Source of the DNA: Kondoa subrosea
Taxonomy: Eukaryota
NCBI GenBank assembly: GCA_039545335.1
Contig: BCIN01000001.1
Location: forward strand, 1,224,604-1,288,603
Reading direction: 5' to 3'
DNA: 64,000 nucleotides
Shown here in pieces: positions 49,388 to 62,419 of this stretch. Position numbers and translations under genes: made by a program. Positions within the stretch are counted from its first letter, which is position 1. Each line of letters starts with the position of its first letter. The notes under the pieces are model-generated. The model searched no databases. It was not told the DNA's origin and saw nothing but the letters and a program-made list of their open reading frames with translations.

Positions 49388-50770
49388 CTATGCTTCTTCT
49401 TCTTCCAAAAACTTCAAGCAACCAACACCACAGCCTCTATAGCGGATCGGCAATCCTCCACTGACTTTTGCTCCAGGTAAATCTGTGACCCATTCCAATC
49501 TCTCCACAGCATGTTGCACAAACGATTTTGGTTCAAAAGGATTGCTTTGACCTGGATGAATGCGAGCAGCGCAGATATGACCTAAAGGATCGTACTCTGC
49601 TTCAGATGGTGACAATTGTGATGAGAGACCAATCTGAGGTAGAAGAGGAGCAGAAAGATGTGAAGGAAGGTACTTGATTTCGTCTGCTTGCCAATTTGCT
49701 AGATGATGAACGTTGCGAACAATAGTAGAAGCAACAGCTGAGGCTTGAGAAGTAGTGCGACGAAGTTTGTTCGGGACACGCTGGTTTGCTTTGCGGTAGC
49801 ATGCTTCAAGTAAAGAAGGAACGCGATTGATGACCTTTAGTGGGCCGAGAAGTCGACTGGAGGCGGCATGTAGAGTTGCACCACCTTCTGTTGCATCCAG
49901 GAAGGGATTGGGATAGTAAAGAAGAGTGGTAAGCTCCAACTTGCGAATCTCAGCCGGCAGGCATGTCTAGACAACAAATCAGCTCGGTGTTTAAGAAGCT
50001 TCAAGTGATTTCCTCACAAGCTTGTTATTGGCAATATTGAGATGTCTGAGACCAGTAAAGCGAGCGATTGAGGTTGGTAAAGCCTCTAAGTTGTTGTTGC
50101 GCAAATCCAGAACAACAAGATTGTCGAGCTCGAAAAAGCGGACTGGAAAAGAAGAGAGGGAAAGGAAGTTGCTATCAAGGATGAGGTGAAGAGAGCTGAT
50201 GGATTTCTCGGCCGCTGGTGTGCTAGAGGGACCAAAGAGAGTAGCGGGAGAGCTTGATGTTCGACCAAATCCTCTTTTAGCTCCGAATGTTCGGCGAGCG
50301 GGTTGAGCAGTGATGTTCTGTTCAACGATAGACAATCCAGCCAGGAAAGTGCTGAGCTTGAGATCACCAATGCGAGGGGAGATAGCGGTCAAGTTTTTCT
50401 CGCTGAACGTTTTTGTTCAGCTATAATCTACTTCTGGATCGAAAGGATTGGCTGACCTGAGATCAACACAGATGTCCTTGCCAGTGGTGTCCATAGCTTC
50501 GTTAACGATAGCATCCCAGTCCAAGTCTACAGTCGACACGGTGCTTTGACTTTCCGGTGCATAATGTTGAATTTTGATGGGCTTGATTTCAACCAAAGCG
50601 GGACGGGACCTGACCTTCTTCTCTTCGTCAGGAGGACAGAACAAGCTCTCCATGGATACGTTGTCAGCAATATTGGCTAAAGGTTTGCGAGCCGCTCTGG
50701 TCGCTCTATTTTCCAAGCTTTCGTCTGGGCATTTCCAGTTGTTGGCGTTCGCAGAGTAGTGTAGTGCCAT
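49388..50770 (-). CDS. Leucine-rich repeat protein of unknown function
   Basis: LRR units LVVLDLRNNNLEALPTSIARFTGLRHLNIANNKLTCLPAEI, LRR cap YPNPFL, VPSLLEAC and a Cys-containing C-terminus. Confidence 0.78.
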
Positions 50771-50937
50771 GTTTATATCAAAGGAGTGTGAGGTTGAAAA
50801 AGGTGATTGTCGAAGAAAGAAAGAGAGAACAAGGTGCAAACCAAAAAGTAGATAATGAAAACTTGTAGTGCCGCCACCTCATTACAAATCGTCAGTGTCA
50901 ACCAGATGGGATCAAATAGGTTGTACCGTACAAAGCT

Positions 50938-52738
50938 CTATGACGCTCTACTCGCTGCTTCAGCTCTGGCAGTGTCCAAAAATTCATGCATCATTTCTGC
51001 TCAATGGACATGTCGGCAAAAGCATCTGTAACACGATGAGAACGCACCTTTGGTAACCACTGTGTCGGCAGGTAAGGTCTTTGTCCATTCAACGAATCGC
51101 TGTCCCATCTCCCTGACTTTCTCCATCTATTTCGGCACATTGACTATTTCTCTTCTGGTTAAGCGATTGTAATGGCTTACTCCTTCAGCAAGTTTGTCCC
51201 TAGGTAGATGACTGAGCTGTTCTTGCATCTGCTTAGTCTGAGATTCCTTTGCTTCCTCTTCTAATTCCTCTTCCAGTTCGATAGCTTCCGGTTTGTTCAG
51301 CAAGTATGCATGGTCAGCATACAGAGGCATGCACTATCAATCTATGAGTGGCAACATAGTGAAGAGCAGGAGAGCATACGTTTGAACACCGGCAAAGCTG
51401 TTCACGCCAATCTGGATCAGGTAAAAGGAACAGATTGGCATTGAAGGCGTTGGCCGCAGACAATCGTTGGAAGATATCCGATGCATCTGCTGAAGGAGCT
51501 GTGCATCTATCTGTACTTGTGTGCGGCGAATTGTTATTCTGTTCAGGTTGAGCGATTTCATGCGAGCTCGTTCCGTCTTCCATACGAGCTCTCTTGCCGA
51601 CAGAATCACCGTCTTGCAAATCTTCAGCCTTCCTTTTCAACCCCGTCTCGGTTTTCTGAGCAGGCAGAACATTTCCATCCGCATCAATCATGTAAAAACC
51701 GGTCTTTTGTTTCGCTGCATAGCGTTGGGATATGGCCAGCAGAGGTCCAGTAGCACAGCTAGAGCATATGAAGTCCGGTTCAGGTTTGTCTTCTTCTTCT
51801 TCCGTTTGTGGATTGAAGGGTGATTTGAGCAGGCCTGGAATACATCGAGAATGATACCAGTTCTCGCAAGCTAGACATTGCATCATGACATCGGCTCTTT
51901 CGCATATATTCAGAAAAGGCCGAAAGAAGGAATGTATGTGATGCTCACTCGGTTTGAGCATCATACTTTTGGCGACAAACGCAAAAAATGTTGTCGAATG
52001 TGTCATCATACTTGTTGGTACCTTCAGTAGGCTGTCCAACACGCTTGCCGACGCTATCAAAAGGTCAGAGAACAATAAAGTCCACTAAACTGACGCACTC
52101 GCAACACGCATCGTCGCCTATGGTAACGTTTCAGAATTTACACCTTTGCAGGAGTGACTAACGCACCTATCTGAGTCGTTCCGCAGTCGCACTGAAAGGC
52201 TCGCTTTGTAAAGAGTTCGACCTGGTCAAGAAGAAAGATCATCAAGCATCTGATCCACCTGCTGAAATTCAGATGTACCTGCTCATGTGAACCATGACAT
52301 CTGACACTGCACGTCGCGCATACACCGTTCCGCTTGCCATTGTTGGCCGCTGCACAGGTCTACTGGACAATCAGTCATAGCATATTATAGCGACGCTACG
52401 CTCACCAAACAGCTCCAGATGGATTGAGTTACAGCTCCTTGCCTGAAGAAACGATCAGCAAGCGTAGAGAGCTAAAGACATCGCAACTTACTCGAAAGTA
52501 CATTCGCGCAACATGAAGGGCATTGCTTCAAAAGCATCTTCCTCGACTACAAGGTGATCAATACATCTCAACATGCGCTACAGTGCGGCACTTACCTGCT
52601 TTGAGCTCTGCCTCGTATTCTTCCAAAGTCAACGCAGCTCCTTCTCCCAAACGCTGTTGGCACAAATTAGCTTGCCATCTGATATGCTGGATCAAGGACA
52701 CCCACTTCCTGAAGAGCTTGTCCGTAAAGCTTTTCCAT
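50938..52738 (-). CDS. UBR7: UBR-box plus PHD-like zinc finger protein (UBR7/Mlo2 family)
   Basis: Spliced CTFEQGAVTQSIWSCLTC...GVCATCSVRCHGSHEQVELFTKRAFQCDCG (UBR box), FCVCRQKYD, MMQCLACENWYHSRC, FICSSC and WREQLCRC. Confidence 0.87.
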
Positions 52739-53298
52739 TGATGCGCCAGATACCGTGCTCGATAAAGCCTTAGCCTTATCAAAAATTATGCAAGCTTTTA
52801 CAACTCAGTGCCGCTGCCCTACCTCGATTTCTATGGCTTCTGTGCGTTGCGTAGCAGAAGAATCATCGATATGCACTTATATCGCCAGCGAGATTTTATC
52901 TAATCTTCCAAGTTCGGCTTGTTTCAGCATGATGAAGCTCGACCAAATATTGGTCTGAACAAAGGCTACAACCAGCTCTCGCCTTTCATATATCGATTTG
53001 TCTGATGAACAGGCGCGACATTGGGCAGGCCAGCACTTGATTTGGATTACATAATCTTCTGCAATCCATACTATCTCTGGCAATCTCTCCTTAGAACATC
53101 GTCCCTGCGCCTTCACTAGCTCCTTTTCTACTTTCCGTGGGTAACTTTTGCTTTTGGCATACTCTCCCACCGCCCTTCGATGCACCGATCGCGAACCGCG
53201 TCTTTGTTTGTGCCTTTGTGACCCACGACGGGGAATTGAACAAACAATACGCAAGGCTTGACCATGAACGTTTTGCAGAACTCCTGTCTATAAATGCA

Positions 53299-55213
53299 AT
53301 GCAGCAGCAGCAGCAGCAGCAGCATGGCGTTTACCCTCCAATGGGATCACCGAGCAGTACAATAGACAGTCCTTCTCTTGAAAAAGCATCGCTCTTTGAT
53401 CTCTCGCCAGCAAGCGAATGCTTGTCTGAAGATCCTAATGCACCTAAAGGATGGAGGAGGAGAGCAATGATAGGCATCAGTATGATAAATTTCTTCCCTA
53501 CGTAAAGTGTCGGCTAAATTCAATACAACAGTTGCTCTGTCCTGCTTCACTGTTGGTCTCAACGATTCTGTTACTGGTGCTCAGCTCCCTTCACTGTGCG
53601 AATACTATGACAAGACACATGCGCAAATCTCGGTCATCTTCGCTGCTCTTTGTGTTGGATACGGGATAGGTTGTTTATCCAATAGCGTCACTGTGCGAGA
53701 ACAAGGGATAGCGATCACTCTGTGTTGTGCTGCAGCAATTCACTGCTTGGGCGCTCTTTTGATGGCTCTAGTATTGCCTTTTCCCGCTGTGATATTCGGG
53801 ATGCTCTTGATGGGATTCGGTGGGGGACGTGAGCAATATTGCTGCTCTGCAAGCTTGCTTCACTAACTTTATGCGTAGATATCGATTGTTCAGCGACCTC
53901 CATGCTGGCTCAACTCGGTGGAAGCACTCTTATGAATGTCATCTATTCTACTTTCTCGGTAAGAATGCACATGGATTCAGTATAGTTTGTGGCTAATCAG
54001 GATTTGAATTTGTCTGCAGATCGGCGCAGTAAGCTTTTGGCAATTGTTCCTTGCTGCCAAGTCTTTAGCACAGATTGATAGATGACAGCACCTTTGCTTG
54101 TTGGTGGAATGACCGATGCTTCAGTGCGATGGAACTACTACTACATCGTACCTTGTGGTCTCTCCGGAATCATTGGGTGTTCATCATTATGGATATTCTG
54201 GCGTTACAAGCTACATGAAGAAGAAGGATCTCACAACGTTTCAAACCTTCAGCGAGCTAAAGCAACTTTAACAACGCCCGGAATCGCAACTGGAATCGTT
54301 CTTGCTTTTCTTACCTTTGGAATAGTTGAGATCACTGCCAATGTGGGTCATTTCTACTCGAGAAGGTCTTCAATAATAATTGCTTTATGTGAATCTAGTG
54401 GACCACGAGCTACCTGATCGAGGTCAGACATGCAGGCGAAGCCTTTTCACGATATCAGGTTGCATGCTAGTAAGGTTTCAGCCCATCGTGTTCCACCTGC
54501 GCTAATATAGTACAGCTGGGCTGGTATTTGCCTGGGCAGACTGTTCATGGCCAGCGCGATGAAATTTGGAGCAAGACGTGTGAATATCGGCATGCTTCTT
54601 GTTTCGGCTGCTTTTATAGCTGGTCTTTGGAGAACACATAGCGAAGCAGGACAAACCGTTATGCTTGCTTTCAGCGGGTTTGCTATCGGGTGAGCACTCT
54701 CTCATGGCGCGTTTTGTCTTGAGCTGAAACGAATCAGGCCTCTCACTCCCAATATCATTTCGCTTGCGAGTTCTCGAGTGCGCCCGTCTCTGACCAATAC
54801 GGCAGTCAGCTTTACTCTCAGTATGTCCCATCGGGGTGAATGGGTTATCCGCTGAGTATGGTTTTAGCTCCTGGTCTTGTTGGCGCAGGCTCAATGCCAG
54901 CCATATTCGGCGCAACTGTGCAACAAACTGGTTTGCACATTCTGCCGCCGACACTTGTCAGTAAACGTTCTTTTAAGCCGCTGACAAGCTAATACGATTT
55001 CTGCAGATTGTCGTGTGCTCAATGATAGCGCTCGGCTTCCTATTACTACCTAAAGCATCCAAAATCGCTCTGCCACCTACACCGAGCGTACAAGAAACAC
55101 CTGATCCTCTTCTGTCGTTACCTACTCTTCATATCAGCAGATCTGACACGGGAACTAGTACTGTGGCAACAACGGAATTGAGAGAACACCGAAACGAAAT
55201 CATACTCAAGTAA
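53299..55213 (+). CDS. Major facilitator superfamily transporter (FucP/Bsc6-like)
   Basis: FTVGLNDSVTGAQLPSL, many TM segments, FSIGAMTAPLL, YWAGICLGRL and GFAIGPLTP. The start codon is uncertain. Includes a 9-nt exon at 54020-54028. Confidence 0.8.
53302..53322 (+). repeat. (CAG)7 microsatellite encoding polyQ at the MFS N-terminus
   Basis: atg(cag)7cat is seen directly in the sequence. Confidence 0.85.
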
Positions 55214-55565
55214 GATTGTAGAAGAAGAACCGGCAACATCAAATTGTAAATCAAGAAGATCGTTATAAGGATCGTTTCAACAAAAAAGTACATATCATGG
55301 CATACTAAAAAGGGATTTGTGTAAGTGTGCATCAAATGTAATCAAAGGAAAAAGGAAGCGAATTTGCTATGCATCAAACGGTTGATTATGGATTCCATCT
55401 CTTCTATACATTCATCTTACATGCCTGTTGTCGCTCGCGCAGAGCGGAAGGTTTGGCTTCGACCTTTTGACTTGAATGAGTTCTATCGCTGCCAAACATA
55501 GTTCAGAAGCATAAGACTATTAGGATATATCGCGCTCACTGTATGGCTACGGCTATGGAGAAGGC

Positions 55566-55808
55566 TCAAGCTTTCTTCTGCTCCCCTCTTCGGCCAGCAT
55601 TGACATCGATGAACTACATAGCGAGAGATTTAGCTCAGCAGCAATATTTTATGGCATGAGATGGACCTGATAGAGAAAGATCAAAGCTACAGCCAGTATA
55701 GAGGAGCCATTGGCAATGTTAGCCAAAGTAGTATCGCTAGAAGCAGAACACTCTTTGCATCAGACTGAGAATTCTGTTGCACCCTATTTGATGCGCATAC
55801 GTGATCAT
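55566..55808 (-). CDS. OST4: Oligosaccharyltransferase subunit Ost4
   Basis: Three exons give MITDTTLANIANGSSILAVALIFLYQFIDVNAGRRGEQKKA* (41 aa, one TM). This matches the Ost4 pattern MI(T/S)D..L...A...LI.LY.F..VNA. Confidence 0.82.
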
Positions 55809-56133
55809 GCTCGTATTGAGACCGGCGGCACTTGTCCAGATGACCGATAGCGCTTGTCCGGGAACAAAAAAAGGTCAAAGTGAGTTGGACCCAAACCGTG
55901 TTGTGTTGTCGACGATCTGCCGCTCTGTGTGTGTTATGTTCCGGTATAGACTGCTCTGTGTTTAGCAATATTACCCCTTCCCCCTTTATCCTGCTTTCGA
56001 CATAGATACCTTTGTTATTTTTCGATTTTCACGACTTAGGGCCTCCTGTTTGGGCTTCCTCCCGTGACGAAGATACACTTTAGAAGCACTGCATCTGTCG
56101 CAAGAACTGGTTTCCTCCTTGCAGCAGACAATC

Positions 56134-59100
56134 ATGTCCTTGGCCTCACCTCTAGACATCGCAGCAAGTTTGTCGCATGAAGCATTGTCAAACAAGAGAA
56201 GATCAGCTCTAGCTACAGATCTCATTGCCATGTTTGGCTCCTCGTCCGAAGGCTTACAGAATACCTTTAGCACCGCGGATACGCGTCAAGCAAGTGTGAC
56301 CACTCTTCCATCAGTTGAGGATGGCAGTCTCCAAAGTCATGAAAGTGTTCAAGAGGTTGATTTCTCAGAGAAAGGAGCTGCACGAGTATCTTACGAAGTA
56401 TTCAATGTGCGTTATGCGAAGTCTGGAATACTGTTTGACGTTTGAGCTGATTAACCCTATGACAGTCGAAGGCTGGCCTTCAATCGCCATTTGCGTTAAC
56501 GACTCACGAACGAAACATTTCAGATCTCTACCATTCACCACCAGCAGGTCTTCATCTAGCTCTTGTTCAAACTACACCAGAACACTCGCAACCCATTTCC
56601 GCCTCTACAGAAACCCCAGACGCTCCTCCCCCAGTACATCTCAATGTCGACTCTTTGCCTCGGTTCCCTACTCCTTCGCATACTATATCTCCTCCGAGAT
56701 CTTCAGTTCAACAAACAGTCTATACTCCTGATGCACCACCACCTTGCAATGCACAACAAGATTCAATGCCAAGATTTCCTACGCCAGATTCGATAGCTTT
56801 AGGTCTCACACCAGGATACAGAAGATCAATGGAAGACAATACGATGGAGGAGCGAGATGCGGACTCGTTGATTCTGTATGGTAACGGTTCAAGTGACGAA
56901 GAACAGCAATTTCAATCAGCTCAAGATCTCTATACTCCACCAGTGGAAGAATCCCTAGCTTCGCCTACGTTTTTAACAATGGGAGATGCTTTGGAAGCAG
57001 CTAGTCCTTCGCCTGCTTTATCGTACTCCGAGCACAACAAACAATCTTGCGATGCTTCAAGTACAGCTTCCTTCTTGTCTCCTCCGCTACATCCTCTTTC
57101 ACCTTCACCAAGTCATGATTCGCAAGACAAGCGAGGTCGAAGGAAATCTATGTTTAGCGGATTCAAGAAATCAACAAGGGACAAGAGTAGACCACCTTTA
57201 CCCGAAGCTGAAGCTCTCAAAGGCCTTGGATTCTCTGATACACCTATAGAAAGTCAATTTCAAGATCTACCTGCACAGGAAGCGAGACCTCGATTGAGAA
57301 GAGCCTCACTTTCGGAAAAGATCGCTAGTCTGTTTCATCGAAAAAAGGAAGAAGCTGCACCTCCTTTACCTCCTTCACCCAATCCGGAGGCTTTTTTGCT
57401 CCAGCAAAATGTACAGACGCCAATACCTGCAAGTCCCAGTATGGAACAATCTACACCTTCACCTCGACTCAGCTCGTTCTTCAGCAAAAGAATGTCAAGA
57501 TCGAGAAGTTCTCCTGACTTGAAACTAATGCACAAAGAAGTGGCTCCTCCTGTACCTTCTCTGAAGTCTTTGATGATGAACAATTCAATGGACAATCTCG
57601 CCGTCGCCGCTCAATCATCACCTATTCTCAAGAGTCGGTCTTCAGCTGCTCATATTCCATCTTGGTCTCCGCTCGCATTTTCTCCCAGTTTCAGCACTAA
57701 ACCACCACCTAATGCGGATCTTCCTCCACTACCTTCACCTACACTGAGTGAAATGTCTCAAGCACGCTCTATCGTTTCGAACAAAGACTCCTTGTTCGCT
57801 CAACAACGATCGATGCTTTCCGCTTCGAGCGATACACCCAAACCGAGGAAACGACCGGATAATTTACAATTGAATCTTATTAGAAGACCGAGCGATAATG
57901 GATCTGCTTCTACATGCTCTTACTCTCCTGGCGCTTCATCAAAAGCTACATCAATCTTTGATTCCTCTGTGAATGGGTACGGCGGAACAGAAGCACCCCC
58001 TTCACCGATGAGCAGCGCAATCATGAGTCCTCGATATGATGTGGGAGGCGGGAAGAGTTCAATCCCGCCCATGGAGGAAGATGAAGAAGTACTCAATGAA
58101 AACGAAGCAACAGTTTCTGAACCTTTTGAATGGCAGCAACAACAAAGAAGAGGATCTCTTTCTTCTGCCAGTTCAACAAGAAGTGGATCACCCGTTCCTT
58201 CATTCAGATCTGAATTAGCTCCTTTTGGTCAACCGTTATCGGCTAGAAGTTCGGTTTCTTCTGCAAAAGAATTGATGGATGGAGAAGGAATCAGAAGACA
58301 AGCTTCACAAATCTCTACTGCTTCTTCTGGTGTCTTAGCTCACAAAACTACTTCTTCTTCTCGTACACCAGTCGCTTCTTCTTCTTCTGCTGCTGCTGCA
58401 AATCAATTCATAAGTCCACCTAGAATGGAACATCGTAAACGAAGATCAAGCAGCTCTTCGTCAACTCATAATCGAGCAGTAACACCTTTGTCTGAATCTG
58501 AGAGCGACTCCACTGGATCAGAAGATGGGGGCGAAAGCGAAAGTGATGATGTCCCACTTGGCCAGAAACATCCGGAAGCAGTTTCAGTTCAGAAAGAAGC
58601 CAAGAAGGAAGCGAGAAGAGGTCGAGAAAAGAAGCGGACAGAGAAAGTTGTCGATCTATCGCCTAGGCAGAGGGAAAAGCAGAGGGAAATCGTACCGAAA
58701 AGAAATCCTTTCAATTTCGAGTCTGTTGAGGTGAGCTTTTTGAGGCGCGGAATGGTGACTGTGAAAAGCTAACGAAGTATTGTAGATGGCTACCAAAGCA
58801 GTCAAGAAACCAGGACAGAAACACGTTGATCCTTCAGCTGCACCAGCCAAGAAAGCTCAGCGACGGGTCTCAAGTCCAATTAAGGATTTCAACGGGCATT
58901 CTTTGCTGCCACAGACCGATGAGAGCGTTCGGAAACGTTCAAGATCGCGAGGAAGAGATGCAAAAGCTGCTGTTCTGCCGCCTTTCGTCAGCAATTCAGT
59001 ACTCGCTATTTCTGACGACGAGACCCCTTTAGTCAGCCTTGCTCGGGCCTCTACTACCATCAAACCTGCAAAGAAGGAAGTTCACGAAGATCTTTTCCGT

Positions 59101-60229
59101 CGCAAAACTACCAATGTTGCACCAAGATCTCACAAGAATCTCCCTCCGCTTGCGACTCAGATTACACCGTTCAGACCGCCGGTAAGCTCAACACAAGATG
59201 TCTTTCGTGCTCCGACTCTACCATCTTGTATCTACTTGCAAGATATGCAACATCGGTCGTCGATCAGGCTTTTGGACAATTCCACTCCAGGCGATATCAT
59301 TCATTATCTCGTGCGCAAGAATCGAGCGCTTCCTTCTTGGGCTATATTCGAAATCTGGCCTCAGCATGGCGTTGAGCGACTAATCAATCCAAACGAAACC
59401 ATCACTTCCTGTATTTTATCTTGGCCGAAAGATGGTCATGTTGTTCTTATGGCCAAATCTTCCTCTGTGGCTACTTCTACATTGCGCTCTGAGTCTACGG
59501 CACCTTCTTTAGTCAATGAACCTGTTCGCTCACTGGACAATGCAAAGCACAAGTGGAACAAGCGCTGGCTTGCATTGGAAGAAGGTCATCTGTATTTAAC
59601 CACCTCCGAGAAGGTCAGTCCGTCTCTTCTTGCTTGCGGTATTTGCTGAATGATCTACGCAGGGCAAGAATAAGGCTGCTCTTTGTGCATTGGAAAACTT
59701 TGATGTCTGCCTTGTTGATCAGGCTTACGCAGCTAGTCATCTCAAGGCACCTAAAGCATTCACAATCGCACTCAAATCGACTGCCAATCTTGATATCTTC
59801 GAAGATCTCAAAGACGCTTTCCATTTCCTTTCGACCGATAGCGAAGAACAACGCGATCGATTCTTCAAAGCAATCTTCCAAGCTAAAGCTGCTATTTTGT
59901 CTGAAAAATTTGTCACATCTCCTTCTTCGTCTGGTCGATCGAGAGGTGGTTCGCCAGATTTACTTCGCGAACCTGCTGCAAGTCTCATTTCGCAAATTGG
60001 TAACTTAGAATCGCTAGAAGAACCAATGACCGCTCAAGAGGATCCATTCACGGCAAATAGTCTATTGTCAAGAGCTTTAACCATGAAATCTACAAAGTCT
60101 TCAGAAGGTAGACCAAGCAGAGAACAGACTGGAAGAACTACTTTGGTAGATTTGGATGAGAGGTCAGAAGCCGGAGGAGGTAGAACAAGTAGAGCTGAAG
60201 GTGCTCAAAGGACACTGTTAGTATTATAG
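56134..60229 (+). CDS. Large Ser/Pro-rich protein with C-terminal Ras-association-like and PH domains
   Basis: A long disordered region is followed by WAIFEIWPQHGVERLINPNE (RA-like) and KWNKRWLALEEGHLYL...NFDV...KAPKAFTIALKS...FFKAIFQAK (PH-like). Three GT-AG introns. Confidence 0.72.
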
Positions 60230-60304
60230 ACTTTCGTTATGTTGTATCAAAGTCTGCTTCATCAAAAGCTTTTTGTCTGTAATATTGTTATTGTCAATTA
60301 TTGC

Positions 60305-61686
60305 TTATGCTACATTGTCAATCTTCTTGAATCGTCCATGCAACCATCTCCTGTACATTTTCAGTTCTCTTTTCCGGTTCAATATCAGCCGTTGATCCCA
60401 AACTAGGTCGATTTCGCTGAATTGTTTCGATCCGCAAAACATCGTCCGTACTTCGTCTGTCATCTCTATTGAGCCCTTATCTGCAGATAGATAGGGATGA
60501 AGAAGACTGACCTATATCAAAGAAATGTACTCTCGTTCCATCTCCTCGGACACTGTGCGGTTCATCAAGCTGATGCACTCGTGCTAAACGAGAGAGCAGC
60601 TGATGCTGACGCACTAGAGGTTATCTTCCATCCATCTTTCCTTCTTGAACCTCAATTGGCATAGATCAAATCTCCCAAAATCCCTGAAACAAACCGTTCC
60701 ACCAGGTTTAAGCATCTATCATTATTTCACTTTTCAGTATAATAAAAGCCAAACGAGAGAAGCAAGACTGACTTTTGCTATATTGTTTACTGCTTGTTGC
60801 CATTGATTTGGATGTAAAGCACTAGCCACATAAACCAATATAACCAAATCCATACTTCCTTCTTGAACAGGCAAACTATCCTCCTCAGAAGTAAGATCCC
60901 ATACTTTTGCATTCATTTGAGAAGGATTGAAAGCTTGGTTTTGTTTGACGAGTTGAACAGCTACTGAAGAATAATCTACTGCTGTGATATGTAGTAATGG
61001 ATTTTTGGAAAGACGAGAAAGTGGGAAAAGTGAAGCTCCTGGTCCACAACCTATTTCAATAATTCGGTTTGGTCCTGCCTTGATCGATTCTCTGATCAGC
61101 AAACACAAAGGAATGGGGGAATTTTGTGCTTACATTTGGTTCGAGCGCTTTAGCTAGCTGGAAAGAAAGTTTATCAATACGAATATCATACTGAGAGATG
61201 GGAGAAAGATGCGTACTTCGGGGAAATCTTTAGTTAACCAGCTCTTGTCTTGATACATAGTATCAGTAACCTGTCCTCTCTCGTCATTCAGCGACAAAAT
61301 CAACAATAGAAACGATGAATGAATGACACACTTTTGTATATAGTTCATTCCAATAACTAGCTGGATTGTTATTGAAAGCTTTCACTTGATCTAGTGGAAC
61401 AGGTGTTTGCTTTTGTCTTGCAATTGCAGCTTCCGCCTGTCTGACCAGCAGATCTCCTCAGCCTTCCTTTGCTGGGTAGCCTGATACAATATGAAACACA
61501 CTCCAATTGCTCTTGATCCCATTCTACATTATCCCAAGCATTATGTGACCAAACATCTTTCTCTGAAGTTAAGAATCTTCCATGTCTTGTTGGAGCACCA
61601 CCTGTTGTTATACTGGATGTAGTAGGCAGAGTAGAAGTAGAAGCTATAGCACTAGAATTCATCCTAGCAAGTGATCGTTTAAGCAT
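60305..61686 (-). CDS. TRM140: tRNA N3-methylcytidine (m3C32) methyltransferase, Trm140/METTL2 family
   Basis: [78 protein letters not shown] and [13 protein letters not shown]. Start is at 61686 or 61662. Confidence 0.9.
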
Positions 61687-61717
61687 GAGAATGGGGTTAT
61701 CAGCAAACAGTCACATC

Positions 61718-62078
61718 ATGGCCAAAGGGAAAGCCAGGTAAGCTCATTGCTATAGTGTGCATGCTTGGAGTTGATGTGACAATGGCTCAGGTCACTAGTT
61801 CGTATGGTCTCGTCGGCTTTCACAGGACATTTCTATATCATGTCCAAAGCAAGGTGAGCCCTCCGTTTCAATGTAAGGTGTGCATGGACTGATGGAATGG
61901 GGGACTCGATAGAGGAGCAGGCGCTTCTGGAGTAGTACAAAAACTGGCAATGGTCAAATTTGATCCCATATGTGAGTTTCTCTGCTCATGTGTCCTTGTA
62001 CATTCAAGGGTTGAAGGGAGATGATGATGAATAACAGTGAAGAAACGAGTACTCTACACTGAAGCGAAACTGCGATGA
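61718..62078 (+). CDS. MRPL39: Mitochondrial ribosomal protein bL33m
   Basis: Four exons give MAKGKARSLVRMVSSAFTGHFYIMSKAR...KLAMVKFDPILKKRVLYTEAKLR*, a typical bL33 pattern. Confidence 0.9.
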
Positions 62079-62419
62079 TCGAAGCTGTTACGGTAGCTAT
62101 ACAAGTCAATTTCCGGTCGAGCAATGTCGCTGGACCATGAGGTCAATCTCTTCACCGTTTTCACCCTGCAAATCGATGGACGATCAGCTGTGCCACCTCA
62201 TACTAGTCAAGCTAGGCTGTACTAGCAAATGGAACACAGCTTCAAGGCGAACTTTGAAAGGTTGATGGAACTGGAATCTGTGTAAATGAATGTACAACTC
62301 ATGTAATACCAATCATCATCATCATCATCATATTAACCCTATTCAGCGCGTCCTCTCTCAACTGGTGCTTGCCATCCAAATTTCCCTTTGAGCTCTCATC
62401 AGCGAACGTCGACTCCATC

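Noticed and set aside
52755..53298. Possible extra gene or N-terminal extension upstream of the MFS transporter
   Set aside because: Short ORFs on both strands have no recognisable motif or consistent splice path; this is more likely the divergent promoter/UTR region.
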